From NCBI GenBank assembly GCA_041665305.1, contig JBAYJD010000007.1:6512-70511 (forward strand): a stretch of DNA of 64,000 nt. Reading direction: 5' to 3'. This document shows, one piece after another, positions 7,533 through 14,841 of the stretch. This DNA comes from Elusimicrobiales bacterium. GTDB taxonomy: Bacteria > Elusimicrobiota > Elusimicrobia > Elusimicrobiales > UBA9959. The notes below the pieces were generated by a model that saw only the letters and a program-made list of their open reading frames with translations, searched no databases and was not told where the DNA came from. A program made the translations under genes and the position numbers. Numbering within the stretch: the first letter of the stretch is position 1; each line of letters opens with the position of its first letter.

Positions 7533-10500
7533 TTCTTTTCCTCCCCCGGATAGATCAGCGGCAGCGTTTTTTCGAAATCGGGGCCGTTCATGGTCATCGG
7601 AGCCGGTTTCAGGTCCGGCTGCGGCGCGGCCGGCGGCTCCGCCGGCGTTTCTTTTTTCTCCGCCGGCGCGGCGGTTTTCAGCTCTTCCGCTTTTTTAGGC
7701 GTGAGGGAAAGCGTGGCGGAGGGCGGCTCCAGTTCCAGTTTGTTGGCGCCCTGGCTCAAGGGCGCGGGGGCGGGCGCCGGGGACGGCGGTTGCGGCGGCG
7801 TTTTAAGGACCTGGGGTTCCAGTTTTAAAGTCTGGGCGGGTTGCGGCTTTTCCCTTCCCGCGTCCGCGGGCGGAGGAGCGTTTTTCACCGCCGCGGGCGC
7901 GGGGACCGCCTGTTTAAGCGGGCTGAGCGGCGCGGGCTGGGCCGGGGCCGCGGGCCTGCCGGGGGCCGGGGCCGGAACGGGCTTTATCGGTGGCGCCGCC
8001 GGGGGCTGCTGCGCCGGCTGCGCGGGTTTCGGCGCCGCGGCCGGTCGTTCAGCCGGTCCGGCGGATGCGGACGGCGCCGCCGGGTTTTTATGGAGGAGCA
8101 GTCTTATCTCTGCGGCCATCTCGGCGCCGGTCCGGTACCTTTCATCGGGATTTTTCTTAAGCGCTTTGTCCAGGATCGGCGCGATCTCTTTGGGCAGGTC
8201 CGGCCTGATCAGAAAGGGGTCCGGGTAGGGGTCCGAACTTATCTGGAAGAAAAGGGTCCCCACGGCCTCTCCGCCTTTCCACGGGCGTTCTCCCGTAAGA
8301 AGTTCGTAAAGCGTGACGCCCAGCGAAAAAAGATCCGCGCGCCCGTCGACTTTTTTGCCGGAGATCTGCTCAGGGCTCATATAGTACGGCGTGCCGAGCA
8401 CGGTCCCGGTGGCGGTTTTGGAGGAGGCCTGGATGCGGGCTATGCCGAAGTCCGCCACGCGCAGGGTGCCGTCTTCGAGCAGCATGATGTTGGCCGGTTT
8501 TATATCGCGGTGAATGACGCCGTTCTTGTGCGCGTAATCAAGGGCTTCCGCCGAGACGGCCATATACTCAAGCGCTTTTTCCACAGGCAGGAGATCGGTC
8601 TTGGCCGTCCACTTTTTAAGGTCCGTGCCTTTCAAAAGTTCCATGGCCATGTAGGCGATATCCTGCTCTTCTCCCGCGTCGTAGATCTTTACGATATTGG
8701 GATGGGAGAGGTTCCCGGCCGCCTGGGCTTCGCGGAAAAACCGTTCCTTCATTTCTTTCAGCGCCCCGGCTTCCGTTCCCTCTTCAAAACGCAGGGTTTT
8801 GATGGCCACGGTCCGGTTGATCTTGGGGTCGCGGCCCAGATAAACTATTCCCATGGCCCCTTTTCCCAGTTCCTTGGTGATCTCATAACGGCCCAGCGTC
8901 GGGATGGTGGAGGACCCCGCGACCAGCATCGTGGCTTCTCCGGTCTTGCCGACAGGCCCGCCGAAGACCGCTCCGTCCGAGGCTTTGGTGAGCATTTCGA
9001 TCTTCGCCTGGATATCCTTGTAGCCGGGGTCTTTGGCGGCTATATGCCCGTAGACGGCCGCCGCTTTGTTGAACTGGCGTTTCCTTTCAAAATCGAGGGC
9101 CAGATTGTAAAGAAGTTCCTTCATGGTGTCGTCCACGGGGCAGTTCCTGAATTTTTCAAAAGACAGGTCCAGCATGCCCTGGCCCTGGAAGGAGAGTCCG
9201 AGCATTTTGTTGGTCTCTATGGCGGAAACCTCTATCAGCTCTTTTTTCTTTTCCGTGGAGAAAAAGCGTTTGGTGACGATAAAGATATAGCCGGCGACCA
9301 GCAGGAACGACGGATAGGCCGTTTTGACCCAGAGTCCCTTGTCCGTGAACAGGTAGATCCCGGCGCCGCTTAAGCCGGCGAGCATGAGCGCCGCCAGTAT
9401 CGCGCCGAGGCCGGCTTTCAGCCGCGGCAGCAGGAAAGTGATAAAAAGGCCTATGAAGACGATGAGCCCCAGCTCGGCCTGCGCGGCCCAGTCGGGCTTG
9501 ACTATAAAATGGCCGTGCAGGATGTTCTCGGCGACATTGGCCGAGAACTCGACGGCCGGCAGGTTCTTTTCCACCGGCGTGACATAAAGGCTTCCCACGC
9601 CCTGGGCCGTCAGGCCGATAAGCACGATCTTGTCCTTGAAGGCTTCGGGCACGATCTTGTTGTTCAGCACATCGTAAAAGGAATAGTACTTGAAAGACAC
9701 TTTGCTTTTGTTGAACGCTATCAGCATGGACGAGGAATAGTCCAGCGGGATCCGCCTGCTGCCCAGCGTCAGCAGGCGGCCGGGGTTAATCACGGCGTCG
9801 GAGGGATTGAGTTTGAGATAGGTCCTGGCCAGTTCTTCGGCGAACGACGGGTAGAAATTCTGATTATAGGGGATCAGAGGGTATTCCTTTCTGACGGTCC
9901 CGTCGCTGTCGTTGAAGATGTTCACATGGCCTATACCCGCGGCCGAGGACGCCAGGATCTCCACCGGCGCTATGAAGTCCGAGCCCTCTATCTGGATGTC
10001 GGAGGCCCCGGCCGTCTGGGCCGCCGTGGCGGAGTATTTCTTAAGCCAGTCGGGCGCCGTTCTGGGTTTCGAGACCTGCTCGTCCGTCTTGAAATACATG
10101 GGCAGCACGACATTGCCCGCCCCGGAGATGGCGGCCGCGAGCTTGGCGTCGTTGTCCATGTCTTTGCGGGTTTCGGTCAGGATCTTGTCGAATTCCGATT
10201 CACGGGTGGTCTCTTTGATCTTTTTGGCGGCCACGAGTTCCTGGTATTTACGGCGCAGCCGGTCCGTGATCTCCAGGTCGCTGTTCTTCTCCGGTTCCGA
10301 AAAAAGGATGTTCAGCCCTATCACGGCCGGCCTTGCGGTATCCGTGGAAAGCCAGGTGAGGATCTCGGCCACGCGGGAGCGGGGCCAGGGCCAGCGCCCT
10401 ATTTTTGAAATACTGTCGTCGTTTATTTCTATGATGGCTATTTCGTTCTTGGAGGAGGTCTGGGCGTTGAGCTGGGACCTGAAATCGTAGAACTTCAGTT

Positions 10501-10597
10501 CCAGAGGCTCTATCCCGGTCCCGGAAAAATAAAAGAACAGCGCGGCCAGCGTCATGGCCACGCCCCACAGTATATTTGAGAAAATAAATTTTTTCAC
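7529..10597 (-). CDS. CHASE2 sensor domain fused to a Hanks-type Ser/Thr kinase, with a long Pro/Ala-rich tail
   Basis: 1022 aa. N-terminal TM, CHASE2 signature IAIIEINDDSISKIGRWPWPRSRVAEIL, a cluster of TM helices, kinase motifs GKGAMGIVYLG / AIKTL / HRDIKPANIML / DFGIAR / SPEQ, then a C-terminal PAPAP-type low-complexity region. Confidence 0.85.
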   Translation of the reverse strand: MKKFIFSNILWGVAMTLAALFFYFSGTGIEPLELKFYDFRSQLNAQTSSKNEIAIIEINDDSISKIGRWPWPRSRVAEILTWLSTDTARPAVIGLNILFSEPEKNSDLEITDRLRRKYQELVAAKKIKETTRESEFDKILTETRKDMDNDAKLAAAISGAGNVVLPMYFKTDEQVSKPRTAPDWLKKYSATAAQTAGASDIQIEGSDFIAPVEILASSAAGIGHVNIFNDSDGTVRKEYPLIPYNQNFYPSFAEELARTYLKLNPSDAVINPGRLLTLGSRRIPLDYSSSMLIAFNKSKVSFKYYSFYDVLNNKIVPEAFKDKIVLIGLTAQGVGSLYVTPVEKNLPAVEFSANVAENILHGHFIVKPDWAAQAELGLIVFIGLFITFLLPRLKAGLGAILAALMLAGLSGAGIYLFTDKGLWVKTAYPSFLLVAGYIFIVTKRFFSTEKKKELIEVSAIETNKMLGLSFQGQGMLDLSFEKFRNCPVDDTMKELLYNLALDFERKRQFNKAAAVYGHIAAKDPGYKDIQAKIEMLTKASDGAVFGGPVGKTGEATMLVAGSSTIPTLGRYEITKELGKGAMGIVYLGRDPKINRTVAIKTLRFEEGTEAGALKEMKERFFREAQAAGNLSHPNIVKIYDAGEEQDIAYMAMELLKGTDLKKWTAKTDLLPVEKALEYMAVSAEALDYAHKNGVIHRDIKPANIMLLEDGTLRVADFGIARIQASSKTATGTVLGTPYYMSPEQISGKKVDGRADLFSLGVTLYELLTGERPWKGGEAVGTLFFQISSDPYPDPFLIRPDLPKEIAPILDKALKKNPDERYRTGAEMAAEIRLLLHKNPAAPSASAGPAERPAAAPKPAQPAQQPPAAPPIKPVPAPAPGRPAAPAQPAPLSPLKQAVPAPAAVKNAPPPADAGREKPQPAQTLKLEPQVLKTPPQPPSPAPAPAPLSQGANKLELEPPSATLSLTPKKAEELKTAAPAEKKETPAEPPAAPQPDLKPAPMTMNGPDFEKTLPLIYPGEEKK

Positions 10598-12729
10598 TCT
10601 TTGCCTCCGTTGATGATCACCGCGCCGTCGTGAATGGCGGTGTGTCCGCCGTAACAGGCCAGGACCTCCAGCACGAAGTAAATATTGGCCATAAGCAGCA
10701 TGAAAAACGAGAGGACGAGCAGTCCGCCGCTGTCGAGGATGTCGTTCCTGAACCTGGTTGTGAGCGTTTTATAATAGTCGAGCCTGGCCCGGCCGCTGAG
10801 CTGCTCGCGCGGAGTCGGAAGTATTTCGGCGGGCTTGGGGACCGGCTCTTTTTCTATAGGCCGGCCGTCGGTGTCGAACTCCGGCATGGCCGCTTCCCGC
10901 TCCTGCAGGGCCTGTCGGTATTTCCGGTCGGCCTCGAGCCTGAGTTTCTGTACGTTCAGATTGTCGCTGTTGACCAGGTTTCCCGTTATAAAGTCGATCT
11001 GCGGCTGGGTGAACATTACGAAGATCAGCGCGTTGCTCGCCAGAAAGAACAGCGCGGGACTGGAAACGACCGTGAATTGTTCCTGGGTAAGCGCGGCCGC
11101 CAGGCCCGCAAGCCCGGCGGTTCCGGCCAGCGTCAGGTAGAACCGTTCGGGGGAAACGGGGTTGCCTCCTTTGAAGTAAAAATATGTCAGCAGAAGAGAC
11201 AATCCGTAAACGGCGAGCGCTCCAAGCCTGGTCCCCAGCTTCGGCCTGACGACGAACGCCGAAGCCGCGAAAAACAGGAACAGGGAATAGCAGGGCAGGC
11301 CGGCGGGTTCGGCCAGGTTTCCGGCCGCCAGCTTCAGGGAGAAGAAAGCTTTCGCGGCCATATCCGCGGCTTCGCGTGAAGGGATATATATGCCTCCGGC
11401 ATAGGCGGCAAGGGCCGCGGCGGCCAGAAAAAAAGCGTGCATCCGCGTAAGTTTGAGCGGCTTTATCATTACCGCCCAGATCATCAGGGCCAGGCCGGCC
11501 GCGATAAAAAATCCGGCGCCGTACGGGGCCGCCGTGAACGGCGAAAACAGCGATTCCGCCGGCCCGCGTCCCGGAGCGCCTGCGGAACCGGCGAACAGGA
11601 AACAGGCGGCGGCCGAAGCCGAGAGCGATGCATGGGCGGCGGAGTTGATCGCGCCGCGCACCGCCGGAAGCCGGATCTTGTCTTTGAAAGCTTTTGCGCG
11701 CGCGGCGTCTGTCCGAGCCGTCCGCAGGGGTTGCGCGGGCATCAGGCGGTTGGAGACCAGCGGGGCTTCCGGGGGGGCGGGCTGCTTGGGCGCCGGCGGC
11801 GCCGCGGGCCGGCTCGCCTCTTCGGCTGCGAAGCGCGCCGAGAGTTCCGGCAGCTCGATGGAGCGTTCGTTCGAAACCGCCGTCCCGTCCTTCTCGGCGG
11901 TTTTAAGGCGCACGATCTCGTCGATGACCTGGGCCGCGCTCTGGTAGCGGTCATCCGGTTTCTTGCGCATGAGGTGCTCCAGGATGCGGGAGATCCAGAG
12001 CGGAAGATCGGGCTTCAGAAGTATGATATTCGGAAAGGGCGCGCCGATGTGCTTATGGATGACTTCTATGGAGCTTTTGCCTTCGAAAGGGAATTTGCCG
12101 GTCAGCAGGTAGAAATAAGTGGCGCCGACGGAATACAGGTCGGCCCTGTGGTCGACCTTGCCGGCCAATCCCTGTTCCGGAGACATGAAATATGCGGTTC
12201 CCACCATTTCCCCGGCCATGGTAAGCTGTTTCTCCTCGCTTATACTGCGGGCCAGGCCGAAATCCACGATCTTGGGGTGTCCGTCCGGACCCGATAGAAT
12301 GTTGGCCGGCTTGATATCGCGGTGGATTATGGACTTGGCATGCGCGTGCTTCAAGCCGTCAAGCACTTCCAATATGATGGCGGTCGCCGCCTCCGGGTCC
12401 ATGGGGCCCTTTTCCGCGATAGTATCGGCGAGACTTTTGCCTTCGATGTAGGACATTACGATGAAATATGAGCCGTTCTCGTGGCCGAAGTCGTAGATAT
12501 GGACGATGTTGGGGTGTTCCAGTTTCGCGGCCGAGCGGGCTTCCCGCAGGAAAAATTCTATGTTGCGCCGTTCCCTGGCGAGTTCCGGGGAAAGAAGCTT
12601 GACGGCGACGGTGATATCCAGGGCCGCATGGTGCGCCGTGTAGACCGCGCCCATGCCGCCTTGTCCTATCTTCGCGGTTATCCGGCAGCCCGCGAATGTG
12701 GTGCCGATGAAATTATCGGTTTCAGCCAT
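10594..12729 (-). CDS. Hanks-type Ser/Thr kinase with a polytopic membrane C-terminal domain
   Basis: 711 aa. Motifs GQGGMGAVY / AVKLL / HRDIKPANIL / DFGLAR / SPEQ, a Pro-rich linker, then several hydrophobic helices. ATGA overlap with the downstream gene. Confidence 0.85.
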   Translation of the reverse strand: MAETDNFIGTTFAGCRITAKIGQGGMGAVYTAHHAALDITVAVKLLSPELARERRNIEFFLREARSAAKLEHPNIVHIYDFGHENGSYFIVMSYIEGKSLADTIAEKGPMDPEAATAIILEVLDGLKHAHAKSIIHRDIKPANILSGPDGHPKIVDFGLARSISEEKQLTMAGEMVGTAYFMSPEQGLAGKVDHRADLYSVGATYFYLLTGKFPFEGKSSIEVIHKHIGAPFPNIILLKPDLPLWISRILEHLMRKKPDDRYQSAAQVIDEIVRLKTAEKDGTAVSNERSIELPELSARFAAEEASRPAAPPAPKQPAPPEAPLVSNRLMPAQPLRTARTDAARAKAFKDKIRLPAVRGAINSAAHASLSASAAACFLFAGSAGAPGRGPAESLFSPFTAAPYGAGFFIAAGLALMIWAVMIKPLKLTRMHAFFLAAAALAAYAGGIYIPSREAADMAAKAFFSLKLAAGNLAEPAGLPCYSLFLFFAASAFVVRPKLGTRLGALAVYGLSLLLTYFYFKGGNPVSPERFYLTLAGTAGLAGLAAALTQEQFTVVSSPALFFLASNALIFVMFTQPQIDFITGNLVNSDNLNVQKLRLEADRKYRQALQEREAAMPEFDTDGRPIEKEPVPKPAEILPTPREQLSGRARLDYYKTLTTRFRNDILDSGGLLVLSFFMLLMANIYFVLEVLACYGGHTAIHDGAVIINGGKE

Positions 12730-13778
12730 TAGAGCCTTCTGTCCTTTACGCAGATGCTTCCATGCCGGTCCGGCAGTTCTTTTGCGTAGCGCTTCAATTC
12801 GGCCGCGATTTCAACAAGCTTTCCGTAATGCCTGAGCGCCTTGGGGATTATGACCGCGATGGTCAGGGAGATGATCGGAAAATTTCGGGTCTTGTTCTTC
12901 CTGTCCATGGTGACGATATAGCCCCGCTGCCTGTCCTCGTGGGTATAAAAGGACGGGATCGTCCTGTCGAATTCCTTCACTATCTCCGCTCCGGCCGTTT
13001 CCATCTTCTCCGGTTTTGTGACCAGCACGAAATCGTCCCCGCCGACATGGCCCAGAAAATAATCCTGGTCGGCGTGAGTTTTTGCCGCGTCGCTGAGCAC
13101 CGCTGCGATATGCTTTATGACCATATCGCCTTTGGCGTAACCGTACACATCGTTATATGCCTTGAAATTGTCGGCGTCTATGTAGGCGAATGCGAAGGGA
13201 GCGTCCGCCGCCATGCGCTTGAGCACCTCTTCTTCTATGGCCGGGCTGCCGGGCAGATGGGTGAGCGGATTCAGCGAAACATCCATGCTTTTGCGTTTTA
13301 GGATGCGGTTGATGCGCGCGCGCAGCTCCCGCACATCAAAAGGTTTGGTTATAAAGTCGTCAGCGCCGAGTTCGATGGTGGTTATTTTGGCGTCGACTTC
13401 GGAAACGCCGCTAAGGATCACGATCGGCAGATCGTGCGTGTCGGGGTTGTCGCGGATGCGTTTGCAAAGGGCGTAGCCGTCAAGTCCCGGCATACGGAGG
13501 TCCATGAGTATGAGGTCCGGCTTGTCGTTGTCCAGGAACCGCAGGACTTCCTCTCCGCTGTACATGGTGACCACGCTGTAGTTGAATTTCTTCAGCACCG
13601 CCGAGATCAGCAGTCCCACATTCGGGTCGTCGTCGACTACCAGTACGGTTTTGTTGATCAAACAGCCCCCATTACTTTCAATGAAAATCGTGTGCGGACC
13701 GGCCGGCGCGGTCCTGCCGCCCGCATAAGTGAAAATCACGCCGGTTTTATTATAAGATATATGTAATTCTGAAAGCAA
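12729..13778 (-). CDS. response regulator: REC domain + GGDEF-like domain with a GGDDF motif
   Basis: REC: VLVVDDDPNVG...DLILMDLRMPGLDG. GGDEF-like: DADNFKAYNDVYGYAKGDMVIKHIA...HVGGDDFVLV (GGDDF encoded at 13029-13043). Start uncertain; a TTG at 13661 preceded by GGGGG would give MINKTVLVVDDD. Confidence 0.8.
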   Translation of the reverse strand: MLSELHISYNKTGVIFTYAGGRTAPAGPHTIFIESNGGCLINKTVLVVDDDPNVGLLISAVLKKFNYSVVTMYSGEEVLRFLDNDKPDLILMDLRMPGLDGYALCKRIRDNPDTHDLPIVILSGVSEVDAKITTIELGADDFITKPFDVRELRARINRILKRKSMDVSLNPLTHLPGSPAIEEEVLKRMAADAPFAFAYIDADNFKAYNDVYGYAKGDMVIKHIAAVLSDAAKTHADQDYFLGHVGGDDFVLVTKPEKMETAGAEIVKEFDRTIPSFYTHEDRQRGYIVTMDRKNKTRNFPIISLTIAVIIPKALRHYGKLVEIAAELKRYAKELPDRHGSICVKDRRL

Positions 13779-13914
13779 TCACGGTCCGGATCCGGCCGCG
13801 ATGCGTAAAACGGCGGGCGGGAAAAGGCGCCAAAAAACGATTATGCGGGCAATAAATATGCTACACTATTTTAAAAGGGTAAAAATCATAAAAATATAAA
13901 CGGGGGGAAGACAT

Positions 13915-14493
13915 ATGCGCACAAAAACATATTCCACATTCGATATCGCCAGGATGCTGGAGGTGGTCCCGGGGACGGTCGCGAACTGGATAGACGCCGG
14001 TAAACTGAAAGCGTTCAACACGCTGGGCGGGCACAGACGGGTCTCCCAGGACGATCTGCGCGCCTTCTTGAAGAAGAACGGAATGCCGGTCCCGGAGGTC
14101 CTGGAGAATATTTCCGGCAAGAAAAAGGTGCTTATAGTGGAAGACGATGAGAAATTCCTGAACCTGATAATCAAAGCTTTTAAAACCTTTAAAGATTTTG
14201 AGCTTCTCACTGCCACCGACGGCTTTCAGGCCGGGCAGTTGGTAGAGGGGCGCAGGCCGGATCTTGTGGTGCTGGATATAATGTTGCCGGACATCAACGG
14301 GTTCAAAGTCTGCGAACTGATAAAAGCCAAGAATAAGAATACCAAGGTCATCGCCATGACCGGTTACGATTCCGTCGATATCAAGAAAAAAATATTAGCC
14401 GCCGGGGCGGACGCTTATCTGATCAAACCGTTCCAGTTTAAAACGCTTTTCGGGCATATCGACGAGTTCCTCGGTTTAAAAGCCGACCGTTAA
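13915..14493 (+). CDS. MerR/excisionase-type HTH + REC receiver domain protein
   Basis: 192 aa. HTH: FDIARMLEVVPGTVANWIDAGKLKAF..GGHRRV. REC: KKVLIVEDDEKF...DLVVLDIMLPDINGF...KVIAMTG. RBS GGGGGGAAG. Confidence 0.8.
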   Translation: MRTKTYSTFDIARMLEVVPGTVANWIDAGKLKAFNTLGGHRRVSQDDLRAFLKKNGMPVPEVLENISGKKKVLIVEDDEKFLNLIIKAFKTFKDFELLTATDGFQAGQLVEGRRPDLVVLDIMLPDINGFKVCELIKAKNKNTKVIAMTGYDSVDIKKKILAAGADAYLIKPFQFKTLFGHIDEFLGLKADR

Positions 14494-14524
14494 AAATTTT
14501 TGCGGCAAAAATTTTTACCATACC
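14492..14524 (+). repeat. A5T5 palindrome element, copy 2 (AAAAATTTTTGC-G-GCAAAAATTTTT + ACCATACC)
   Basis: Perfect 12-nt inverted arms around a central G. Starts inside the TAA stop of the HTH-REC gene. Other copies at 1697-1728 and 35371-35403. Confidence 0.9.
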
Positions 14525-14656
14525 CCGTCCATAGGGGCCTGTCCGGATGTCGGACAGGCTTCCTAAAGGGCGGGGTTTTTGTTATGAGACTGCAGAAACC
14601 ATAACAAGGGCGGTCGTGTTCGGGGCCATTTGCCGAAGTTAACATTCTCTTAGACC

Positions 14657-14685
14657 TTGACAAATGTCAAAAATAGGGCTATCAT
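14657..14685 (+). promoter_or_regulatory. near-consensus sigma70-type promoter (TTGACA-17-TATCAT)
   Basis: TTGACA 14657-14662, 17-nt spacer, TATCAT 14680-14685. The -35 lies within the palindrome TTGACAAATGTCAA (14657-14670). Confidence 0.6.
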
Positions 14686-14691
14686 AGTCTT

Positions 14692-14747
14692 AACAGGGCT
14701 GCCTCCCTCACCCTACCCCCCAAAAAGGCAGCCCTGCCTTTTTTTTT
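14692..14747 (+). ncRNA. candidate ~55-nt small RNA: one hairpin with a C-rich 23-nt loop
   Basis: Predicted TSS about 7 nt after the -10. The transcript consists only of the hairpin 14694-14736 and a T9 tract. Loop is UCCCUCACCCUACCCCCCAAAAA. No expression data. Confidence 0.4.
14694..14747 (+). terminator. Rho-independent terminator (10-bp perfect stem + T9)
   Basis: CAGGGCTGCC (14694-14703) pairs with GGCAGCCCTG (14727-14736), followed by CC and nine T (14739-14747). Confidence 0.7.
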
Positions 14748-14766
14748 ATGCGCGCGCCGCGCGCAT
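14748..14766. repeat. 19-nt GC palindrome ATGCGCGCG-C-CGCGCGCAT
   Basis: Perfect 9-nt inverted arms of alternating purine-pyrimidine, immediately after the T9 tract. Confidence 0.6.
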
Positions 14767-14841
14767 CTTCCGATCGCCGCAATTCCTCTCCGCGCCGGGC
14801 AGCCCGAACCGGGTCTGTCTTGGGGAAAATCAGGGCGCGGG

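Noticed and set aside
7841-9373. 510-aa plus-strand ORF inside the CHASE2-kinase gene (similar case at 9509-10408)
   Set aside because: Arg/Gly-rich nonsense translation, antisense to a frame with clear kinase and CHASE2 motifs.
13864-13873. 10-nt match CTACACTATT shared with about 48233-48242, next to REP doublet A
   Set aside because: Exact 10-mers are expected to recur thousands of times by chance among all pairs in 2 x 64 kb. There is no extended similarity.
14525-14640. Fragments reminiscent of RNase P RNA (CCATAGGGGC, GCAGAAACC) or SRP RNA in the palindrome-element flank
   Set aside because: The pieces are only about 60 nt apart and in the wrong context. The universally conserved GAGGAAAGTCCGGGC (RNase P) and the SRP domain IV GGAA-loop helix are absent. 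The region is too short and is duplicated in diverged form at 35302-35370.
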